This document shows, in pieces, positions 1 through 11,945 of a stretch of DNA of 64,000 nucleotides. The translations under genes and the position numbers were made by a program. The notes beneath the pieces are model-generated. The model saw nothing but the letters and a program-made list of their open reading frames with translations. It ran no database searches and was not told the DNA's origin. This DNA comes from Amoebophrya sp. A120. Lineage: Eukaryota; Protista; Dinoflagellata. The stretch lies in the NCBI GenBank assembly GCA_905178155.1, contig CAJINV010000001.1, positions 6,109,860 to 6,173,859 on the forward strand, written 5' to 3'. Numbering within the stretch: the first letter of the stretch is position 1; every line of letters begins with the position of its first letter.

Positions 1-7
1 GGATCTC

Positions 8-3000
8 GTGATTCCTGGACTAAGCCACCACCACAAAGCTGAACCAGCGCCGGATCCAGCTGGCAATTTAGCATATCCATATTTACCGGCAAATACAGCA
101 CCCACTGCGGTTGAAGGAGTGCCAGCTGAACCTCCTATGGCTATGGCAGAACATTACGAAATAAAGTCTGCAGCCACGGCTCCTAGTCAACATCTTCAAA
201 TGACTGCAGCCCCTCCCACTGTCGCGCCGGCCACATCTTCACAGCAGCAAAATCCGTCCATTTGCATACAAGAGGCAGTAGACCACGGCACTGTAACAGA
301 CGAGCGAGCGAACCAGCTGGAGCAACAGCTCCGAGGCCTCGTGACAAAGTGCGAGCAGCAGCAGGAAAAGATAAAAGTGCTCAAAGAGGGTTACCTGACC
401 AAACAGAAGGAGGTGCAGCAGCTAGAAGCGCAGCGAGACGCGCTCTTTGCGGAATCCGAAAGCAACCAGCGCCAGCACCACCGCATGGAGGAGGAACTGA
501 CCGAGGCCAAGCGGCGGCTGCAGCAAGTACAGAAGAGGAGCAAGGAAGCAAGCAACGGCGCGCATGGTCAACCGGGGATGACGAAGAGTAGTTCGTCGTC
601 CGGGGTTGCGTCGAAGTTGCTGGGTGGGAATGCGTTGGAGTCTTTGCTTGGGTTTGGATCGTCTTCTGGCAGTGCTAGTAACAACTCCTCGAGCGGGAAT
701 TCTAGAGCGAACGATGTCGACACGGAGAATCTGGTATCGCAGTTGCGCTTGATGCGTGAGGAGCTCGACCGACAGATTGGCGAGAACCAGCAGGTCCAGA
801 GCCAGTTGTTCGACCTTTCAAGACTGAAAGCGGAAGAAATAAACAAGCTGGAGGACGACGTGACGCTGAAAAACGAAAAAGTGCACCAACTGCAGAACGA
901 GGTATGGTCAAGATATGATGAGGATGTAGATCTGATCAATTTATTGCACACTTCTTTCTTGCATGTCCTCAGTTCCATTTTCACTTCGTGTCGTGTTGGC
1001 GCCGGCTGCAGCTGCCGCCATCGGCAGTACTTGTTTATTTTTCGGATCGCACAGCGCATTTTCACCTGCTCTGATTTGTTTCCCTTATCCTTCTGTGTCT
1101 GTCAACAGATCGTCACGCTCCAAAACGACTGCGACTCGCAGCGCCAGGCGGCGGCGAACCTGGAGCGACAGATCCAAGACGCGCAAACTGCGGTGCGCGA
1201 AAAGGACCAATTTGTTCTCCGCGTGTCCGAGGCCGCGGAGGGGCAAAAGGAAGAGTTTCGAAGGCATCTAGCCAGGTGTTTCCCGGTTTTCGATGGCAAA
1301 TACCTGCCGCCATCCGTGTGGTCTTTCTCTACTTCGAGCTCGGCGAGTGGTAGCAGGGGCAGGACCCTACTAGAGCGAAAGAACAGTGTGATACAGGAAT
1401 GGAGCCAGCACCTCCGGCGCATCCTCGAGTACTTCGAGGAGACAACCCTAGAAACCCTCGGCGCCTCCTTCGTTCCGGAAGCGGGGAAGTCGAAGCTCGT
1501 GCAGCGCATCGCTCGAAATAAGAACCTGGTGCTCCTAGCGATCGAGAGACTCATCGCTTGTTTGTGCACGCCCCTGCACGCTGTCCCTCTCTGGCCAAGT
1601 GAGGGTCATCTTCACCAGCATAGCGGTCCAGCAGGAGGATCTTCTGGACGAGGAAGAACAAGTCAGCGGCGTTTTGTCTCAACGACGACTAGTGGAAGAA
1701 GTTCCGAGCCTCTGGACCTCAATCTCGCTTACGCGGAACTCGCGCCGGAGCGGAAATTTTCCACGGACGCGTTCTGGCAGGAGAACTACCAAAATTGGGA
1801 CTACAGCGAGCGGGAAGCCGTGTTGCAGGTTTGGAACGCGGAACCGCTACCGTCGCCGCGTACGCAACAGGAGCTGCACCGCGCCCAGTACTTCAGCATC
1901 GCTTCACCTCCAAAAGAGACAGAATTGTTCCAAATGGAGGGACAGGTGCAGAACTTTCTTCTGCACCGCGTTGGTTCGACCACTTCCAGGGCGACAAATA
2001 ATCAAGACCTGCTCAACGGAAGCAGCAGTGGGGGTGCGCGCATGATGAACTTCACAAAGTCCCCGGATTCGAACCGGGACGGTGCGACGCCGAAAAGTAC
2101 GGCGGAAGGCGGGACAGCGGCTTCGGGCCTTCGAAATTGGCTGTCCAACACGGCGCAGGCTGCCGCCTCTCTGTCGCCGGTGCGAACGCTAATGGGAGGA
2201 CGGGCGGCGGACAATTCGAGTTCGACCGCGGATTCACGAACTCCGCCATTCAACCAGCCGAACAAAGCTGGTCGGTCGCTGTCCGGGAGCAGTCTCGTTC
2301 CCCCTATCGTCGGATTTCCACCTCCGCAAGGGAATGGGAGTAATCCCACACAGCAGGTGTTTGCAGCTGCATCCGACGAGGATGAAGGTGAAGATGCTGA
2401 CCTGGTGTTGGATGAGGCTGCAACGGTGGTTTCCTCGTCGGTTACTCCGAGCAACAGGCTTCCGGGCAGCAAATCGGGTGTAGCTTCCACACTGCTCTCT
2501 GCGGCTTCGAAAGCGGTGAACCTAACCTCTGCAGCGATGCATCAGTCCATCTCTAGTACCACTTCGGGGATCAGAACGCCCTCAGAAACCGGAACGCCCG
2601 TCGCTGCAGGGGGCAGCCATGGCCCGCGGCACATGTACTACTTGGAGCCGCCAAGCAGCGAGGTGGACAAACAAGTGTTTCCGGATCTGATGACAGTCTC
2701 CACGGTGTCGGTCCTGGATACGAGCACAACAGAGCCGGACCTCGCGTCCACGCCGGATGTGGTTGCACCCGCTGCGGTGCGCCATTCGGAAATGGATCGG
2801 GGCAACATCAACGTGGAAGGAGCTGCTGCACATCACCAGCAGCACCGGTTTAAAAATCGACAAGAAAGGACGAGAACCTCGTCGCTGCGCCGCGACGTAG
2901 AGAACAAGCCGAGCCTGGCGCTGGTTCTGCCCGAGGAAGAGAGCGCAAATCGCTGGTTCAAGTGCGCGCAAGCCCGGGCCACGAACCTGCTGCACTGTCT

Positions 3001-6000
3001 GCAGCGGTTCATCCGGGCGCTCGCATTTGCGGACGCCATCAGTGGGTTTTACAACGACGATGAAGAGATGTCGAATCCAAATAGCTATAGCAGCAACCAC
3101 GCGCCGCCCGTTGTGGTGCAGTTGGGCAATCGACGGGCGAGGAACAACTTCTATGACGGGCCTCCGGGAAGTAGATCCTACGGCAATTACTACAGCAACC
3201 CGAAGCAGCATGAGATTACGCAAAGTGCAGATTCTCTCTGGGCCTTCTGCCTTGCGACGCGCGGCGTCATGCGTGCGTTTCAGATATACGGCTGCGTGCT
3301 ATCTTCCGCGGAGATGGAGTGTTGCAGGAGTCACTTCGAGGAGCTTCGGGGGCTCGCAGACACACGTTCTTCTTTCGGCGGCGAAGATGCACATCAGCAA
3401 CGCACACAACAAGGTGGACACCAACGAGCAATAGCTAGCCAGTCTGTAGCCCGCAGCGCCGTAACGACCGTGTCCGCCCCATCGAGCAAAAACACGACTC
3501 GGGGAGCAGACCACTGTGCAACTTTTCGGCCCTACCAGAACACGGTGAAAGTGATTCAGCGCGCAGCGGACCAGTGCGGTTCGGTATTCAAACTTCTGGC
3601 CGAGCGCGTCAATTCTTCAGCGCAGGAAAGCGACGAACAGGTGCATGCATACAACAGCTCCGTCGTGAATGCTGCACCGTACCACGATGGCTCGATCTAC
3701 AGTTTAACCAGCCAACACACGGACACGACCCAGCACCAAGTCACCGCCAGCGGTCGGACTTCCTCCAAGGAGATGGTGCTGCAGAGTCTTCGGTTTGTGG
3801 TCGGTCGAATGGAAAAGATTTCTGCAACCTGCAAAAGTTTCGACTTTTCAACTGCAGAAAAAAACCTGCACATGGATCGCGATGTCGAGGGACTATTGAG
3901 ATTCGATGGTAGAAGTAGGAGCGCAGAACAGGCTCTGCCGTATTCTTTTCTGGACCATTGCTTCGTCGAGGATCAGATTTGTGCATCAAAATTATCTTCA
4001 ACCGACGGCAAGGGACATGATGACAACTCTACTTCCGGTGTTGGTGCAACTACATCTTTAGCCTGGCAACAGGAAGGACCTCCGCGCTCGAACCCGTCTA
4101 CCATTTGTTCAACTTCGTCGGGCAGTGCTTCCTCTTTCCAAGAAATGCAGAAGCGTACGAAATCTCGCTCCGTGAACGCGTTTCAGCGCGAGTTGCGCCG
4201 TCTAGGCGTCGCCGTTCCGTTATCAACGGGTAACAAGAACAACTCTCAAACCGCAGGCTCGGAAACGAGCATGAACGTGACAGATTTATCCGGCGAGAGT
4301 GGCATGTTCAATCAATCTGTTCTCTCCACGTCCAGCGCTGGAACAACGACCACGAACACCGCATCGGATCAACATCCGTCAGCAAACAACTCCAGCAACA
4401 TCCGCAGTTGGTCCGACATGCGGCGAGAACTGAACGCAAAGCGAAACCTCGAGATCGAACTCGACAACGCACGGACGCAGGCCTCCAACTTGAAGGCAGA
4501 AGTGGCCCGGTTGCAGGAGGAGCTTTCCGAGAGCAGAACGGTGTTTAGCACGATCACGCCAGCAGCAAGAGGCTTCCTACCACCGCCACGACCACCCGCT
4601 CCTGCGGATAGAAGTAGTGATGGTACAGCGAATGATAACCCGGAAGACAATGACAAATCGGCGGGTGAACAAGCAAGACCGAGTGCTGCGAGCGCTCGCA
4701 ATCCGTCGGCGGCGAGTCCGTCCTCTCGCACGAAGAGCTCTTCGTCAGTGCAATCCAGTGATGACGAGATGCTGATCGGTCCCGGGGGCGAGCGGATATC
4801 GCTGCGCAAGATGCAGGACCAGCTGTCAAACCGGGAGCTCTTAGTGGAGCAGCTTGAAGGCGCCATCGCCTGGGCAGACAAGCGCACGGAGGACCTGCAG
4901 AAAGTGGCGCAGAGATACTACGGACAGGTATGAAATAAATCAAGCGTGCTTTATAGGTTCACCCGGTGCCTAGGTTTTTCCGAACATAGAAAACCCAACA
5001 TCAACTAAAAGTAGACTAGATGTCTACGAGACTCGAATAGCTTCGCCCGCTCGGTTTGACATCGCAAACTTGCGCTAGAAGGAGCAACTTTCACAGAGTT
5101 CACAGTCTGGGGCGGGGAAGCAGCGCACGGGGCAGCGCGACGGTACTTGGCATCAACTGCAAACAGCAGCTGATCTGGAAGCGATTGACACCGCGACCCG
5201 AGCGCACGACGCGCGGGGCGGTAAATCATGCCTGGCAGGGGACACACCTCGGGCAGATTCCGCGTGAACATGCATGCGCGCCGCCACCTGCACCCGCTAG
5301 GGGGACGGCGCATACTTGCATCAGGCCGAGCCCTCTTTTGAAAGAAGATAGAAGTCGAACGCCTCAGCTCCATGCCCGATCGCTCTAGTTACTTAGCAGG
5401 CGCTTGGATCTCCGCCCTAGGCTTGAAATATTGACTTGATTACGTTCTTAAATTGGCTGCGCTAGTGGCCCGCACTTGAATCATCGAGCCGTGGATCGTT
5501 TTACGCCGTAGATTGCCGGAGAGCGGAAAACAGCCGCGGTAGGCGCGTAGGCCGCTCAACATGATAAAAGTCTCATACATCGCATGCCCTCGGCCATGCG
5601 CATCCTATTTCCAAACAGCGGCCACCTATTTCCGTCTCGCCCATGCAGACATCACTCAGAGCGTTGGTTTTCAGCGCGCCTCTGTTGTCATCTTCATCCA
5701 TTAGTTTAGATCTATGATCGCCGCCAACGCTTTTACTTTTTTCCTCCAGTAAGCTGTCTTTTTTTCCTGCTGCGCTTTTATTTTCTAGTTTCTTGAAGAC
5801 ATTGAGATACTTAGCCGCCACGCACACGATGTCGAAGGAGGATCATGGTTCGGGCGAGCGCGGCCGATTTGCGCCAATTCGCCGGGATGTCATTTACCAC
5901 CGGCGCACGGGTGCGCAGAAGGAGCACAGGGAGCCGAACGCTAGGGGAGTTGCGGCGGAGTACATTTGGGCCGGGGATTCGAAGGCCGCCAGTGGCCACG

Positions 6001-7884
6001 TTGTGTCGTGGTTTTTCACCTCGCAGGAGCCGAAGCGCCAGAAGGAAAGCGAGCGCCATCGTGTTCGCCTGGCGACTGGGGACTGGTGGCTGATTTCGTG
6101 GCATCGGGCGGAATTTTTTCTGGACGAAGTCGTGGGCATCTCGGAAGACTATACGAACGCCATCGACGCCGCATTTTCTGCGGTGCGGCCAGATGTCGCG
6201 CTGCTTCCGACGTCATCACTGCACTGGTCATAGATCTTGGCAGCCTTAGGGTCGACGTGTCCGATTGGTTTTTTTTTTAGAAGTCCTGCCGACAGGTCTC
6301 TTTGTGAAATAGTCATAATGTATATGAATGAAAGAAGATTGTGAGCGGCTTTTTACCGGAGTAGCTGCCGCCGTATTTGTTCCGGCCGATTTCGAAGATG
6401 TTCGCCATGGTTATAGCCTGATGGGCCCCAGCCTGCTCCCGCGTTTGCTTCCTTCCCTGCGCAGTCTTGTTGGTTTGCAGATATCTTGGCAACTTGAAGA
6501 TCTAAGCCTATGACTTTTGATGTGAAGACTCACATGCGGGGGGCCCTTGCCCCCCCCCGCGCCCCCCCCCGCCCTTTCGATGTGATGACATTGCGCCTCA
6601 ATCTGTATGCCTGATTTTTATTTTTGAGATGAAGACTGACATGCGGGGGGCCCTCGCCCCCCCCCGCGCCCCCCCCGCCCTTTCGATATGATGATATTGC
6701 GCCCCGATCTGTATGAGTAGTTTTTAATTCTAAGACTATAACTTCAAGATCTAAAGTTATGACCATGCGGGGGGCCCTCGCCCCCCCCCGCCCTTTCGAT
6801 GTGATGATATTGCGCCTCAATCTGTATGAATGATTTTTATTTTTAAGAGTCTGCGCCCCGATCTGTATGAGTAATTTTTAAGTCTAAGACTGTAACTTCA
6901 AGATCTAAATTTATGGCCATGCGGGGGGCCCTCGCCCCCCCCCCCGCGCCCCCCCCGCCCTTTCGATGTGATGACATTGCGCCTCAATCTGTATGAATGA
7001 TTTTTATTTTGAAGATGAAGACTTACATGCGGGGGGCCCTCGCCCCCCCCCCCGCGCCCCCCCCGCCCGGTCGATATGAGGATATTGCGCCCCGATCTGT
7101 ATGGGTAGTTTCTAGATTTAAGATTATAACTTCAAGATCTAAATTTATGACTGATGAGATGAAGACTCACATCTTGATGAAGGCGCGCCGATTCAATTAT
7201 GAAGATTGAGACTATGACTTTGAGAAGATTATGACTTTACTTCTAAGATAGGATAAGATGATGACTTTGATGATTCCAAGATGAGATAAGAAGTTGTGAC
7301 TTTTGAGATGATTCGATTATGATTTGAGATTAAGACTTGAGATTCGAATCTTTTGAATATGAGACTATGTTATGAAGATATCTGAATTTAAATAGTGAAT
7401 TGCGCTCAAGTTGTGAATTGAACTCAAATGGTGAACTGAACTCAAATGGTGGACCGAACTCAAAAGATGCACTGAACTCTTGAACCCTTGAACATTTTGA
7501 ATTTCTCGCAAGTCTTGCAAAGATCTTGTAGATATGACTATCAACGATAGTACATTTGCAACAAACACATGATCAAGCACAGCACTACATCAGATTCAAG
7601 ACCTTAGCGACGAACGCGAGACGATGCGGGAAATAATTGAGCGCAAGGTCGGCGAACTGGAAGAGCTGAAAAGCCGGGACCAGGAGACAAAAAAAAGCTA
7701 CGAGGAGCAGATTTCAGTCCTTTCGGAGCACCTCTGCAGCATGGATGTGAAGTTCTCGCAGCAGGCCGGGCGAATCGAACGAGCGCGCATACGCTGCGGG
7801 AATTGTGGCACGTGGAACAGCCTCGATCTGTCCGGCGACAAGACCTGCACCAAATGCCGCAGCATTCTTCTGAAACTTGGATAA
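8..7884 (+). CDS. PPP1R21 (KLRAQ/FERRY Fy-2)-like coiled-coil protein; probably 5'-partial; introns 902-1108 and 4928-7593
   Basis: N-terminal coiled coil (KIKVLKEG, REELDRQIGENQQVQSQLF). Last exon 7594-7884 contains KKSYEEQISVLSEHLCSMD, resembling the PPP1R21 C-terminal motif, followed by a CxxC...CxxC ribbon. GT-AG joins give LQNE|IVTL and YYGQ|IQDL in frame. Confidence 0.7.
6524..7170. repeat. Tandem array of five G/C-tract units (CATGCGGGGGGCCCTCGCCCCCCC...GCCCTTTCGATRTGATGAYATTGCGCC) with alternating AT-rich spacers
   Basis: Cores start near 6533, 6640, 6764, 6918 and 7026. Two spacer types (...gatttttattttt..gatgaagact and ...ctaagactataacttcaagatctaaa) largely alternate. Confidence 0.9.
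7170..7500. repeat. Low-complexity degenerate repeats (ATGACTTTGA/GAGAT-type, then about 18-nt TGAACTCAAATGG units)
   Basis: Repeated atgacttt and gagat words, then gaactcaaatggtgaactgaactcaaatggtggaccgaactcaaa at about 7420-7465. Confidence 0.7.
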
Positions 7885-8417
7885 CGAGATGGCGTTTTTG
7901 GTGTGTCGTTCGATCCAAGATTTGGTCTTCGAATCCGCGACAATGCGTCTTGGTTCGACGTACAGGAGGAAATGCAAAAACGTGTGTCGCATCAACAAGC
8001 ATCTTCCGTGGAAGGCTCCGTTGGCTGGTGACTGAAACATCATCACAGCCGCCGAAGATGTCTCTGTTCGGTATTGTGAGGCCAAAATTCTCACCAGATC
8101 TAGTTCAGACTTAAATCATGGCGCATTGGCCATCTTTTCTTTGGCTTCTTTGTGAGGAGTACGAACAGCGAAACTAGTTTTCTAGGGAAGTTCACAACCC
8201 GCTCATCCAGTGCGATGCAGAACCGAGTTTCTTTGCGATCTCAAAGAAGTTGGGCCGCGGCAAACAATCTGTGTGGACTGCGAACGTTCAGAACGAGAAT
8301 GATTGAAATTCATCGTAGTTGCAAAAGTGCTACTTTCATGGAGTAGCTTCGGCGCCACATGGTCTTTTTCTTGGTATTAGAACTAGTTGGTGGTGCGTTG
8401 TTCGATGTCGAAGAATA

Positions 8418-11315
8418 ATGACGGCGGCCTTAGCAGTTCAGGCCTCCAAGAGTGCTTGTGCTGCAAGCGGATGCACCGGAGGTCTTATTTCAACGAGACG
8501 GAAGAACAAGGCGTTCGGGTTTGCGACTCTGGCAGGGCGAGCAGTTGCAGCAGCAGGTCCTCGTGGACCAACAGAAGCAGTGGCAAGCGCACAGCTACTA
8601 GCTGCATTGGAGACGTACGTCGCCGAAGCATTTTTCAAGGAGAAAAAATGCAAGGCAAGTTCGACTTCTGGTCGACGAGTGACAGCACATCACGGCCAAA
8701 GTGGTCTTTTGCCTTTTCTGTCGACGGAACTAAAGTTACCGACCGGCGAGATAGAGAAAGCTCTTCAAGGGATCATTACGGTGAGCGGTGATTTTCTCAG
8801 GGCGCTTCGTCGTGAGGACCACGTACGGCCTGATTATGTGAAAGATCTAGTGCTCTGCACGATCGTCAAACTGCGCGAAACTCAACTGTCGACGAGTTGC
8901 CACCGTACTGGCGCGACAAAAGCGATCGCTGAGGTTCTCAAGAGGTTTCCGCGAAGACTGGTCTGGCGTCAAGCTTTGCAGGCATTTGCGCACCTCGGGG
9001 ACCTCGAAATGACCCTAGAAATGTTTTGCGACCACGTGGATGCATCGGAGTTCTTGGAGTTGCAGAAACTTTTGATGTCTCGCTCGAGCTGTAACTATCT
9101 TTCCGGTCTTCACAAAGCCGAACGGTTCTTCGAACCGACGATCGATGGAAAAAGGCTAGCACCGTCGAGCAAAAATGCCATGTTTACGCCAGATGTGGCC
9201 AGCCTGAACTATGTTTTGAACGCTTGCGATAAAAGCCTGGCGAATAAAGCCCGCAGTGACGAAACAGAGAGCGTGGACTGCAAGGCGAGACGGGACAGTG
9301 TGGCAGCGTTTGCTCACGAGTTGTTTAACGCTTTGGTTGTTTTGGGGAATGAAAATGCGCCCATTGTGACGCGTCGTAGTGGCCATGCTAAGGAAACTTC
9401 GAGTTTGGAGCTGGAAACTACATTGAAGCAAAACCAGGCTGCAGCGTTAGCGTTTGGCAATGGCGCAGCAAATAAGCCTGCGGGACTGCAGAGAATCGGG
9501 CCGACTGAAAGTACCTTCGTTGCCCTGCTTGCTGTGTTCAGCAAATGCGACAAGCTCTCCGAAGGACTACAATTTCTCGCGCTTCGTGTCGGATGGAAGT
9601 CTGTCACGACAGCCATGTGCAACGCGTGGCTTCGCGGGGTTCGTAGCTCATCGATTTCACAGGTCAAAAAAGCATTTCAGGAGCTCTCTCTCGACCTCGA
9701 TGATTTCCAGGGATATGATGCAGCTGGCGAAGGCGAACATAGTCAAGAGCGGGACGATGACGATCATGTCTCTGAGTTCCACGACATGATGGGACTTCTA
9801 CGAGGACGACTCATCAAGTGTTTTTTGGAAAGGATGGAAAATTACGGCGTCTTTCCGGACGAGCGGACGCACAACACGATTTTGCTAAGTCTGCCACCTG
9901 ACGCTGCGAAAAGATACTTCCGGAGGAAGATACACGAGCCAAACGAACGAAATTACAATCATCTCCTCCTGTCAATCGTGGAAAATGACGACCATCAGAG
10001 GCAAGGACGAAGGTCTTCGGAAGTAGATCTTATTTCTGTGAAGACGCGCTCGCGCGGTCTGGTACTGGCTGAAGTCGAAACACTGTTGGAGGAAATGAAG
10101 GAAAAGCAGTTCCGTCCCTCACTTGCGGCGCTGACGCAGTACTTCGCTGTTGTTGCGGCCAAGAACGCAGCTGAGTGCTGGGGAAACGTGGAGGCAACGA
10201 TGGACCGCTATCTGGAAAACATCGACGGAACTACAAACTCTGCTTCTACGGGTCGTCAAGATGATCTAAAGCTGGTTGGTAGAAACCAGCAGAAGCTCAT
10301 GGCAGACGCGGCCGTTTTCGTTCCCCTGTTTCCCTACTGTCCAGACCCGCAGGCCTTGTTGCGTGCCGTCCGCACCAAGTACGGAGTCACGCCGACGACC
10401 AGCTGCGTCAACGCCGCTTTGACTGCGATGAATGGACTTGGCCAACACCGCGCAGTCGTGCAAATGTTCTCCACCTTGAAGCACCGAAGCCGGGCAACAA
10501 GACACATCACCCTGCAAGCCTGTCGGAAAATTTTGTTGAAGCAATCGCGCGCACTCGTGATAGCAAAAATGATGACGGAGGCGGGCACAAAAGAACTCGA
10601 TGAGTTGTCATCCAGTAGTTCTCTACTTGCCAATTCGCTCACGAATTTCGCAGTGAGGCAGCTTTTTCAGCCGGAGCAGCGAAAGGTTTTCGAAACGTAT
10701 GACCTCATGCTGGAGATCCTTCTGCTCGCCGCTGGCAGGTTCCGAGCCTGCGGAGATGATTTTTCTGACATTGCTATCTCTTCGTACCGCGGTTGGTCTG
10801 CGTCTGCAGAAAGCTCGGCAGAGGACCTCCGAGAGGACCACGCGGTGTTGCATTGTCGTGAAAAGAGGCAGGAACAGCATGCAGAAGGAACATCAAGCAG
10901 GCAATTGCTTATTTCCACCTACGAAGCCGCAGTGCAGGACGGGGTTTTTCCTGCCTTGAAAGACAACCTTCTCGATCTCCATCGCTACACACGCCAACTC
11001 GCTGTCTTCGCAGTTTGGTACATCTTGTCGACCCAGGGCTTTTTCGCAGGAGCATCGTCCACATGTAAAAACATCGGGAGGAAGAACGTCGACACTGCTC
11101 CATCATCTTCTGAAGTCCTCACCTTCATCGTTGGACGGGGATTGCACAGCGAGGACGGCACAGCGCATTTGGGGCCTGCAGTGGTTCGTTTACTGGATGA
11201 ATTTTCGGACGTTTTGGAGTGGAACTTTCCGAATCCGGGACGAATTTCGGTCTCAAGAAAACGAAAAAGTCGTGACCATTGCGAGATTACTACCAGGACG
11301 GATGATAGTACATGA
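8418..11315 (+). CDS. PPR-like helical repeat protein with C-terminal Smr domain (PPR-SMR)
   Basis: PPR-type motifs (PDVASLNYVLNAC, PTESTFVALLAVFSK, PDERTHNTIL, PNERNYNHLL, PTTSCVNAALTA). Smr signature LDLH...FIVGRGLHS...NPGRI. Intronless; first ATG at 8418. Confidence 0.8.
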   Translation: MTAALAVQASKSACAASGCTGGLISTRRKNKAFGFATLAGRAVAAAGPRGPTEAVASAQLLAALETYVAEAFFKEKKCKASSTSGRRVTAHHGQSGLLPFLSTELKLPTGEIEKALQGIITVSGDFLRALRREDHVRPDYVKDLVLCTIVKLRETQLSTSCHRTGATKAIAEVLKRFPRRLVWRQALQAFAHLGDLEMTLEMFCDHVDASEFLELQKLLMSRSSCNYLSGLHKAERFFEPTIDGKRLAPSSKNAMFTPDVASLNYVLNACDKSLANKARSDETESVDCKARRDSVAAFAHELFNALVVLGNENAPIVTRRSGHAKETSSLELETTLKQNQAAALAFGNGAANKPAGLQRIGPTESTFVALLAVFSKCDKLSEGLQFLALRVGWKSVTTAMCNAWLRGVRSSSISQVKKAFQELSLDLDDFQGYDAAGEGEHSQERDDDDHVSEFHDMMGLLRGRLIKCFLERMENYGVFPDERTHNTILLSLPPDAAKRYFRRKIHEPNERNYNHLLLSIVENDDHQRQGRRSSEVDLISVKTRSRGLVLAEVETLLEEMKEKQFRPSLAALTQYFAVVAAKNAAECWGNVEATMDRYLENIDGTTNSASTGRQDDLKLVGRNQQKLMADAAVFVPLFPYCPDPQALLRAVRTKYGVTPTTSCVNAALTAMNGLGQHRAVVQMFSTLKHRSRATRHITLQACRKILLKQSRALVIAKMMTEAGTKELDELSSSSSLLANSLTNFAVRQLFQPEQRKVFETYDLMLEILLLAAGRFRACGDDFSDIAISSYRGWSASAESSAEDLREDHAVLHCREKRQEQHAEGTSSRQLLISTYEAAVQDGVFPALKDNLLDLHRYTRQLAVFAVWYILSTQGFFAGASSTCKNIGRKNVDTAPSSSEVLTFIVGRGLHSEDGTAHLGPAVVRLLDEFSDVLEWNFPNPGRISVSRKRKSRDHCEITTRTDDST

Positions 11316-11945
11316 GAATTTCCTGTCCCTGTCGCGCGCCGTCTCTCTGCAGCACGTCCAGTGTAATAATCATGATCACTACTACTTCTTCTTCTGCAAC
11401 TACATCTACCATCGGCAACATCCTCCGTCATCTAAAACAGTCCTAGTCACATTCGTCGGTAACAAGAAGAACAAAGAACAGCATCAAAAATCGTTTTTTC
11501 GGTTTGCGAAGAGAGATGGAAAATCGGACTCCGAGGGAACAAGCTGAGGTGGATATAGACGAGCGGTGAGAGTAGATGAAACGGAATCAGAAAGACGTAA
11601 TAAACCGGTGTTTTTTATCGTGTGGAAAGTCAGCGGAAAGACTTCCACGATCATCTTCTTCTCGATGGACTCCCGACTTCGTCCCCAACATCAACAGGCC
11701 AGAAATAACAACATCGCACTCTCAACATAAAGTCCTCATCTTAACCCTTGGCATCCTCGGTGTAGTAAAAGAAAAAAACATGAAAGAACGAGAACCCAAA
11801 CTGCACGACGACTGCACCCCGATGAAGATGACACGGAGTCGCACGAGCGATGTGATCCCGCGACCGCGGTTAATAAGCTAGAGGTAGAGGCCACGGCAAT
11901 AACCAGGCGGAGCTGTCCAATTTAGCTTCAACACGAGGAGGTACT

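Larger units (their letters stand above)
4928..7593 (+). other. Unusually long (2666 nt) GT-AG intron containing foreign-looking sequence
   Basis: Donor gtatga directly after the CAG codon and acceptor catcag. The phase-0 join restores the coiled-coil protein. Other introns in the window are about 115-240 nt. Confidence 0.7.

Noticed and set aside
902-1108. 69-aa hydrophobic/Cys-rich segment inside the 1641-aa ORF
   Set aside because: It is a stop-free 207-nt GT-AG intron. Removal restores a continuous coiled coil.
6524-7170. CRISPR-like repeat-spacer appearance
   Set aside because: Spacers are themselves repeated, units are about 105-155 nt with variable homopolymers, there are no cas genes and the context is eukaryotic.
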